Assembly (NCBI GenBank): GCA_028023455.1
Contig: JAQFVV010000009.1
Coordinates: 17,112,001-17,176,000 of the forward strand
Reading direction: 5' to 3'
Source: Epiperipatus broadwayi
Taxonomy: Eukaryota; Animalia; Onychophora
DNA length: 64,000 nucleotides
The translations under genes were made by a program, and so were the position numbers. This document shows positions 55,295-64,000 of this stretch, piece after piece. How positions within the stretch are numbered: the stretch's first letter is position 1; each line of letters starts with the position of its first letter. The notes below the pieces were generated by a model, which ran no database searches, was not told the DNA's origin, and worked only from the letters and a program-made list of their open reading frames with translations.

Positions 55295-56223
55295 GAATAG
55301 GCAATAGATAGGGATTTTATGCATAAGCCTTCTGGCATCCATTGATTAATCTGTCTTGCTTAAAGTGGCACTACTGTATGGAGAGAGTTTTGCCTATTAT
55401 AACAACAGTTATGAGCAAGCATGAAAGATAGTGATCATGAAATGTTGAAACATATGGATATGGTGCTATTTGATATTTATAATCAAACTAAAACTTAGTT
55501 TATTTTTCATTTTCAATTGTCTGTTTCGTTAAATAATTAGTAAACCTTCAGAAAATTACAAATTCATTTCAAAACTTTAAAAATGCTGTAAGTATAAAAA
55601 GTAAAAAAAAAAAACATTTAAATACAGCTCACATAAAATTTAAATACAGCTCACATAAAAGTTTTTAAATAATGATAAAAATGCATGACTTAAAATACCC
55701 TATTTCAAGGTCATTCTTGAGAGTCCTTTTACATCACTGAAAAATAATGAAAAAAAACAACAACTCATCTTCCAGATTAAAAAAATAAATTGTTTACTAA
55801 TTTAATTAGAATTAAATATTAATATAAGCCCAGTATTGAAAAAAATTACTAATCTTGTTTAGAAAATCCTCTATTATCACAATCAATTGGCCAAACACAA
55901 ACTCATGACTTCACAATCAACTTCATCATGAAATTAATTTGTTATATATATATGTAAACACAAGGAGTAAATCACCCTACCTCTAGGTTATGAATTAAAA
56001 GCAATCTAAATTTACTCTCTTTGTTCATATCTGAGCTATGTTTAATTTAAAGTTTATATACACACACATGCAAGATAAAACAAAAGTAGAGTGACTTATT
56101 ATATAAGCAAGTAATTTATGAACATATTTAAATTTTTCTGATATAGTGATCAGAAACAAAATTTATATTTTCATCTATGCAAATGTACTTTATTCATAAG
56201 ATATATGACAAAGCACTGACCTT

Positions 56224-56321
56224 TATAGTCAAGCATTGGTGATCGAGAGGTGCTTTACAAGCAGTTGTCCCGAGTTAGCGGGTTCGCTTCCAGGCTGATG
56301 CTATGACACACGAGAAAAAAA
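56224..56321 (+). mobile_element. Short tRNA-Gly-derived SINE/retrocopy with poly(A) tail
   Basis: 14-bp TSD aaagcactgacctt at 56210-56223 and 56322-56335; GCATTGGTG...GGGTTCGCTTCCAGGCTGATGC resembles the 5' and 3' ends of tRNA-Gly(GCC); A-run before the TSD. Confidence 0.75.
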
Positions 56322-56559
56322 AAAGCACTGACCTTACAACATTAAAGTCTAATTTACACACTACAACTAACTTTTTTATATGATAATATTAAATCGTGCT
56401 ATCACACTTCCAACGTAAAGCTGTAACTACAAATAGAAAACTAAATTAAATGGCTGAGCTCTTTCAAGAAGATGTACTTCTCATATTCACAGCCAGTTAT
56501 GATTCTTTCTTTGAAATCATTATATAAATAAATACCATATGCAAATTCTATGCAAATGA

Positions 56560-57000
56560 GTCACTAAGACCATCTTTTAGATATAGCAAAACATGCATCC
56601 TTACGATTAATGGCGAAGGAGTCCTCTGCTATAAAGTAAGCTTATTTTACCTTTCGCTTAATATCATGCCTCTCAGTGCACACTAATTTTGCAGATGTGG
56701 ATTCGAACACATGTCCTGACATTTTTTGATGTTGTGCAAAAATTGAAGTGCATTCTGGATCACTATGAGCCTTATTGTATCTATACTTGTGTTGTGATAT
56801 CCTAGTAGCTATGATGGCTCTTGTTTCACCATAGTATGATGCTTTGCATCCATTATGAGAGCATGCCACTCTGTACACAGCCTGTGGGGTCTGATCAGAA
56901 AGTATAGTGTCTTTAATGTTGTTAATAAGCCATTTAATTTAGTTTTCTATTTGTTGTTACAGCTTTACGTTGGAAGTGTGATAGCACGATTTAATTTTAT
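56560..57000 (-). pseudogene. PLE GIY-YIG relic
   Basis: VYRVACSHNGCKASYYGETR..ATRISQH...IFAQHQKMSGHVF...KRKVK (ORF 56642-56878). Confidence 0.8.
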
Positions 57001-57893
57001 CGTATTGAAGACAAACATAAAGTATAAATCTACTGGTTATAACTAACCTTTTTATATATTAATGTTTAGAAAATCCCATTTTAATAAAAAAGTTCATTCC
57101 AAAGCAATTAAATAAATTAATAAATAACATTATTATTTAGAGCCTTCTTAGTTATGATTCATTCTTTATGTATATATTTATACTGAGATAATAAGTAAAA
57201 ATAAATCATGGCTATATTCATATGATACTTCCTCTATCACAAACAAAAAAGTTTGTATCATATTACAATTAACTTTTTCTTATAACATCAGTACATCAAA
57301 ACTCATCTGTCTAACCCATTTTTTTAATCCTGTCAGATGACAATACCTACATATTCTTCTAGTTAGGTTGGATGCTAGAAGAATCTTAAGCTTATCTGAA
57401 AATTTCTCAATTATCTAAAAAAGAAATCTCACTCTCTTCCAAATTTGCACTCCAGATCCTAAGCATCACAATTAAACATAACAACAAAAGGCATACTAAA
57501 CAACCAAGTTAAAATTACTAAAATATCATGTGAAAATATTAATATTTAATTTATCCTGAAAATTATGAGATATTTATTTCTTCTTTTCTAAGTTTGCCTA
57601 ACTATGATCCTATGCTATTTGAATGGTGTCAGCATAGGAAGTGAACATTGCGGTAGAAGCTTAAAAAAAATTTGCTTCTTGAAGATTTTACAATTAATTT
57701 CTGACTATTATGATAAAAGTATCTTACTCTAATATAAATAAGACAGGCCAATAAACATCACATGATCACCATTTCTTATGCTTGCTTATAACTGTCACTA
57801 AAATAGGCAAAACTATCCATACAGAATTGCCACTCAGTGCAAACCAGAATAATCAATGGATGCCAGAAGGCTTGTGCATAAAATCCCCATCTA

Positions 57894-57952
57894 ATCCAAT
57901 ATCCCCAGACTAGTTTCTGGCTTATGGCCGTCGTCAGTGAGGAGCCTTGGAT
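57894..57952 (-). ncRNA. Type I hammerhead ribozyme
   Basis: CTGACGA-C-GGC-CATAA-GCC-A-GAAACTAGTC-TGGGGA; GUC site with predicted cleavage between 57908 and 57907. Confidence 0.85.
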
Positions 57953-58568
57953 CTGAGAGAACTACACCTAGATCCTAGTATCTAATGCAACCCTCCAGCA
58001 GCCATCTTTTATCTCTACTTAACTACAAAACTATGAATCTTAAATTGAAAACACAATACTTTCAATCCAAGCTCATTAGCTTATATAGTCATATGGGTCT
58101 GAATCCACTTCAGTATCTATACATTTGGGTGTCTTTGGTTCTTTAATAACCATAGCCACCACTATCCTATTAGCAGGATTGGTTTTAGCCAATAAACATC
58201 ACATGATCACCATTTCTTATGCTTGCTTACAACTGTTATTAAAACAAGCAAAACTCTCCATACGGTATTGCCACTCAGTGCTTGTTTTAATACGTTATAA
58301 GCAGACATAAGAAATGGTGATCATGTGATGTTTTTGGCTTAAAATCCAATCCTGCCTAATAGGATAGTGGTGGCTATGATTATTAAAGAACTAAAGACAC
58401 CAAAACGTATAGGTACTGAACTGAATTCAAACCTATACGATTATATAAGCTTATGAGCTTGAATTGAAAATATTGTGTTTTCAATTTAAGACTCATAGTT
58501 TTGCAGAGATAAAAGATGATTGCTGGTGGATTGCATTAGATCCTAAGATCTAGGTGCAGTGCTCTTAG

Positions 58569-58628
58569 ATCCTAAGGCTCCTCACTGATGAAGGCTACAA
58601 GCCAGAAACAAATCTGGGGATATTGGAT
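58569..58628 (+). ncRNA. Hammerhead ribozyme with disrupted stem III (GAAACAAATC)
   Basis: CTGATGA 58585-58591; the ACTAGT palindrome is lost. Confidence 0.65.
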
Positions 58629-59169
58629 GAGTAGGCACTAGATGGGGATTTTATGCACAAGCCTTCTGGCATCTATTGATTACTCGGGCTTGCACTGTGT
58701 GGCAATAGTGTATGGAGAGTTTTGCCTGTTTTAATAAATGAAACAAGTAAAAATCTTATATATCACATTGTACAGCAAAATCCTCTTTAGCATAAGCTAA
58801 AGATTTTCATGATTATTCTTATTTATATTAAAAGGTAGTTAAACATATCTAACTACCTATTTATTAAGTAATATTTGAGAAACTAGCTAAGTTAACTATA
58901 GGCCAGCTCACTAAAAAAAAAACTTAAACTTATTTGGTACCCACAGTTATCTGAAATAACTCTCAAGATCATCCAGATTCCAATACTATACAATGAAACT
59001 TTTATATATATACCCAAATAAAATGTCCCTTAATTAAAAACTATTGTAATAACAATAAAAATAATAAATATAAAAATAATTAACTATTATACACAGTCTT
59101 TAAATCCGCAGAAGTACTTTTGGTTAATTCCTTAATCCACCTCAACTGACGATAAATTAAAAAAACATA

Positions 59170-60830
59170 ATGGAAGCAAATGACATCAACTCAAATACCA
59201 TGAATCCCAAATTTTATTGCTAGCAGCTTATCTCTTCATTATATTCATTTTATTTCTATTTATTAAAATTGCTGCCTTAATTTTTCTTTTATTGTGGTTT
59301 CTCTCTTCATGAAGAATCTTAACATTTTCAATATCAAACTTAAATTTATATTTATATGTCCTTTCATGATCCAAGAAATTCTCTTCATGAAGAATCTTAA
59401 CATTTTCAATATCAAACTTAAATTTATATTTATATGTCCTTTCATGATCCAAGAAAACTGAAGCAGTCATTAAATCATTATTAATTTGATCTTTTATTAA
59501 TACTGCACCTCAATTCACCTATATATAATACCATACATCCATAAAAAATTTGATACACAACATTATTTTTCTGCTTGACAGGTATGATATTTTTAGAATT
59601 ATTCACTAACTTATTAACTTTATTTGTAACATAAAATGAAACATTATACACATCCTTATATATATCCTTAAAAAATTTCACTTGATTATTTGAAATATAT
59701 GGAACACATATTTATTTTTTATTATCAATCTTCAACTCCTTTAAATCATTATAAATCTTTTTAAATTGACATCAAGTATTGTTAATCTGTTCAATCTTAT
59801 AACCAACTTCAAACAATTCCTTGGCAAATATCTCAATTTTTTTTTTTAATTTATCACACTGGTAATGACATAATTTTTCATTACAAAATAAGAGAGATTT
59901 AAAACTTGCCATCTTATGCATAATTGATACTTTTGATTTACATTTTATATAGCCCTCTTTTTGTAATAGTTTGATTATTAATTTATAACTTAACATGCTA
60001 TTATCTCTTGTAATAATTAAATCCAAATACTTAATATTTTGGTCCTGTTCCTTTTCAAAAGTCCATTTCAAGCCATTTAAATTGTTTAACTCTTCTACAA
60101 GCAAATTTATAGTATTGGTATTTCCACAAACAAAAACATCATCCACATACCTTTTGTAAATTTTAATATCTTTAAAATTACACATATCTAAAATACTACT
60201 CTCATATGTAGACAAAACCAAATTGCAAACTTGTGCAATGACAGATAGATCCATAGGCCAACCTTTAGACATTTTATAATATCCACCTTCAAAAGAAGCA
60301 ACAATGTTATCATCAAAAAAATGTAAAAAATCAGTAATAAATTGTATCACATATTTGCAAACACCTTTACTTTTTAATGCATGTTCAATTATTTTTATAA
60401 AATCCATTCTACCAATAGAAATGTACATTTCTGTCACATCTAATGAAGCAATGACATCACTATATTTTTAATTATCTACAAAATCAAATGATGAAGCAAT
60501 AGTATTTTCTCCAAATCCTAAAAACTCTTGTAACATCTTACCAGTATATTTAGACATTTAATATATAAATGAACCACCAAAATCAATCTAATTTGCAAAG
60601 GATTATCTTCTTTATGTAACTTTATATTTGCAAAAATATGAGGATATATAGCGTAAGAAGAATATATCTTATAGTACTGAAACAGTTCGATCTGAGGATC
60701 GATCTTAGTTTCATGGTTTTTTTTTTTCTTTCCTTGTTTGTTTTGGTTGTTTTCAAATATTAGTATAGCAGATTTGCTGTAAACCATTATTTCGCACGAG
60801 GCTTTGTTCATCCAAGCTACATAAACTTAA
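59170..60830 (-). pseudogene. Penelope-like element RT + GIY-YIG, disrupted
   Basis: IKLHKEDNPL (ORF 60518-60811); YYKMSKGWPM and YKRYVDDVF (ORF 59772-60437); NNVVYQI..GC..LYIGE (ORF 59481-59681); C-terminal KIKAAILI with a 78-bp in-frame tandem duplication at 59302-59456. Confidence 0.9.
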
Positions 60831-61156
60831 ATTGTTCATGTCATGTTTTATGTAGATAATTAAATAAATCCTTTAGATAAATATTGTAAGTAATAAAATA
60901 TATACATCGTGTGTGTGCGTGGTTTAGATTAATATAAGATTATTTTAAAGAGAAAGAGAAAGTTTCATTGCGCGAATAATTCTTAATTTTAAATAGTTAA
61001 TACTTGTACAGATTTATTTAAAAAAAAAAGAAAAACATTTCAATGTACCGACTGGATAATAAAAGTGAAATCGCTAAAGGCCAGAAAATCAAGGAAGGCA
61101 GAGTCCAAAATGAGGTGACCAACAACCAGGAGAATTGTGGGAACTTTGGCCATTTT

Positions 61157-61242
61157 AAATTGCATCATGTTAGATTGCATCATGTTAAATTGCATCATGC
61201 AGATTGCATCATCCTGGATTACATCATTCTGTATTGCATCAT
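61157..61242 (+). repeat. ~15-bp minisatellite (attgcatcat core, 6 units)
   Basis: Units start at 61159, 61174, 61189, 61203, 61218 and 61233. Confidence 0.9.
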
Positions 61243-63654
61243 TTTTTTTTTCTTCTTGACCACTCCGAAAGAGGGGAAAACATCAGAGTAAATTTGGAGA
61301 GTGCAATGTTAAGAAGTGATCTGTAAACTTTGATAATGTCGGGCTAGGTCCAGTAAGCTGATCCCTGTCCTGCCGAAAGATCATGTGCTGTGATTCCAGT
61401 TGTCCAACTTTCATATGCCTATAGTTCCAGTTTCCAACCCTAAACTTTGAAAGCCAATATGTCATTATGTCAAAAACCAAATGCGCGCCTACGTTCTAAG
61501 TAATCATCATCGCAAGAAACGCGTCCGGACGAAGAAAGAATGGAAAATCTAATTTACATAAACTTTTACTTTCTTTAATGCCAGTCCCTTATATAAGTAG
61601 ATTTAAATCTGTACTAAGTATGCTAAATATTTGTTATTATGTTTTTTTTTGTTCGTTTGATAAAATATATATAGTAAACCTGTAGTAAACGTATCCCTTT
61701 CCACCTGTTAAATTTCTTTACTCTAGTCTTTAATAACAAATTGCTAATGCCTTAAGTTTTATGATTTTAAATAGATATGTTACCCATCATTATATATATA
61801 TATATATATTGGTTTTAAAATTGATGTATGTGTTATAGTTTAATGAAGGATGTTTTATTCTATGCCACCGAATAGTTAATATCTAAAATCTATTTTATCT
61901 ATTTAGTTGCACGTTTTCTGATACAGGGGGAAAATAATAATCAAGGGTAGCCATTGTTGTGTTACTACTTCCGAACGGTCAAAGGGGGGTATGAGATTCA
62001 GAGTGTAATTAATTAACAGTTAAATATATGATTCTCTAAGCTTATCGTGTGGTTTTAAATTACTTTATCAGACGGTTACGTGGGAAAAGTATGGTGGAAT
62101 AAATAAAATCTTATATAGATATTTATAATTTCTGCTTCGAGCATTCGTTCACCATGTTACTAGTTTAGTGCTATATTTCGCTTCCCAAAGCTTGATATGG
62201 TGTCTAGTCCGTGATTTCAAACAAGGGAGAGAGAAATTCTCCTAGCCTCCTCAGTGGGTGTGAATACTTGCCAAAGTGCGAGCCACCCAGTCTTCGTTAA
62301 TACACCGCAAGCTATTACTTCTGATTATTATGTTTGTTTCATATAGCAGCCAGTCACATAACCCTATATTGGAAGATATAAGCTTATTCCCCATCCCCGT
62401 AGTACGTGATGATTTGATTTGTTTAAAACCAACGAGGTGACCTTAATTTAATAAAGAATTTAGTCTAATAAAGATAAAACAGTTAAAGTTTTGTTTGCTC
62501 TGATCCTCATATATCTCATACATAATTAATCACGTAAACAAATTAATTGTTTAAGTTACGCTAATATTATATTTAAAATAAATCATCTGTGGTATTGCCT
62601 ACACCGGTCATAGATAAAATGATTATAAAGCAAACCGAAATATTGAATGCAATGTTGTCCGTAGATTACATCTGTATAGATTTCCGTTAAAGACTAGAAG
62701 TAAAATAAGTAATGTTGTATATAACAAGTAATTATATTGTGTTTAAATTTTATCTAATCGTAAGAATAATTATTAAACATTTGTGTAATCTAATTTGTCT
62801 CTCTCTTCATTAAATAATTATTTCACCGTCATTTGATTACTGTCTGTATCGACAACACGAGAATATATATATTGCATTGATTGTACCTAGTGTTGAGCAT
62901 CCACCGCGCAGTTATATATAGATAAGTTAGGCAGAATTATTGTCTGTGTTCCCACCGAGCTAGTGTTAGGCGATACCATATACTATGGATTCTGTTATAC
63001 CCCAGTCACTTGTGCGCAGGGTTTGGGTTTGAACTCGGTTTGGTTTCGGATTTAGTTCTGGAATCGGTCTGGGTTTGAAGTTGGTTTCTGTGTGTAGTTG
63101 ATGGGTTGCGGTTGACAGGTACAGTACACATTATTACTTAAGCTTTATTCTTAGCTTTTTTTTAAATATTGTTAATAAATTTTACTCTCTGACCATCCAT
63201 ATTATATTCTTCAATCAAAAAGAAACCAAATTTATCCACTTGCACTTTAACTTTCTCAATATATACTGGCATTTTGTCATTAAACACATCCACAGCCCTT
63301 ACCTTCTTCCAAACAAATCATATTATCATTTTTTAGCATCTGTTTAAATTATGAAATGGCCAGTTTCCATGAATTTTCATATGGAATCATATTAAATTTA
63401 TGACAATTAATTTTCTTGATTATTTCATCAGCAATATGACTAACACCAGGAATCACTTCACATAAATTTTGAACAGCTACAATTAATTCCAAAATTATAA
63501 TCATCCTAAGAACCGCCACCATATTTACCTCTGTGACATAAAATGTATTTCTGAATCAAATGTATCTTTTTATTTGACAAATTGCCACAATTCATACCTT
63601 TATAAGTTTGTGGACGCTGCTTTTTAAATAAAAAATCAGTTTCTTTTTAAATTA

Positions 63655-64000
63655 TCAAACTTCTAAATATACTGGTATGTTGTTACAAGAGTTTTTAGGA
63701 TTTGGGAAAAATAGAATTGCTTCATCTTTTGATTCTGTACATAGATTTAAAAATATAATGATTAATGACAGTGATGTACATAGATTTAAAAATATAATAA
63801 TTAATGACTGTGATGTTATTGCTTCATTAGATGTAACAGAAATGTGTGGTTCTATTGATAGGGTGGGTTTCATTAAAATAATTGAACATGCACTAAAAAG
63901 TAAAAGTGTTTTCAAATATGTAATATAATTTATTATTGATTCTTTAAAATTTTTTGATAACATTGTTGCTTCTTTTGAATATGGATATTATAAAATGTCT
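63655..64000 (+). pseudogene. Second copy of the same PLE RT family, cut by the window end
   Basis: LLQEFLGFG..IASSFD...IASLDVTEM.GSIDRVGFIKIIEHALKSK matches 60300-60570 (minus); 39-bp in-frame duplication at 63737-63814. Confidence 0.85.

Larger units (their letters stand above)
53293..55440. mobile_element. Retrozyme-like insertion 4: young 458-bp tandem array with an inverted arm
   Basis: Minus arm 53293-54030 (cores at 53442, 53900) and plus arm 54030-55439 (cores at 54335, 54793, 55251); exact 458-bp spacing; imperfect TSD atgttgaaa(ta)cata at 53281-53295 and 55442-55454. Confidence 0.95.
57747..58733. mobile_element. Retrozyme-like insertion 5 (fold-back)
   Basis: Minus arm 57747-58281, plus arm ~58282-58733 (about one unit); decayed TSD ataaataagacag / ataaatgaaacaag. 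Confidence 0.85.

Noticed and set aside
53293-55440. CRISPR array or plain satellite
   Set aside because: No short repeat-spacer pattern and no cas genes; eukaryotic context. Dispersed TSD-flanked copies argue against a simple satellite.
61490-61531. Hammerhead-like GAAACGCGTC with a palindromic stem III
   Set aside because: No CUGANGA core or stem II upstream (reads CTAAGTA); at best a fossil.
62225-62295. HDV-like L3/P3 motif GCCTCCTCAGTGG
   Set aside because: No matching P1, P1.1 or P2 could be found.
63150-63600. Minus-strand reading resembling a helicase or viral protein, or a 37-nt exon at 63303-63339
   Set aside because: Interrupted by stops, and the motif resemblance is too weak to support a call.

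Overview
Very AT-rich, CpG-depleted eukaryotic DNA, probably invertebrate and intronic or intergenic. It is almost entirely transposon-derived, with one candidate host exon (20909-21016, minus). Main observation: 43.0-58.8 kb holds 11 copies of a type I hammerhead ribozyme in a non-coding ~455-458 bp unit, i.e. a non-LTR retrozyme-like family. The fold is ATCCAA-GGC-TCCTCA / CTGAYGA / A-GGC-CAYAA-GCC-A / GAAA-CTAG-T(C/T) / TGGGGA-TA-TTGGAT, with a minimal palindromic stem III (ACTAGT). The copies fall into five insertions. Four are fold-backs (inverted arms) with ~13-15 bp target-site duplications and the same pair of asymmetric outer ends. A fold-back with a 15-bp TSD built from the 3' end of a GIY-YIG Penelope-like element (PLE) lies nearby, as do several PLE RT/GIY-YIG relics, pointing to PLEs as the mobiliser (inference). 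Also present: a near-intact full-length RTE LINE with a 13-bp TSD, a Merlin DNA transposon, a piggyBac-like TTAA insertion whose empty site is visible in a paralogue, a hAT MITE, a tRNA-Gly-derived SINE, and Gypsy gag and LINE relics. All folds, alignments and motifs were read by eye. No search or folding program was run.
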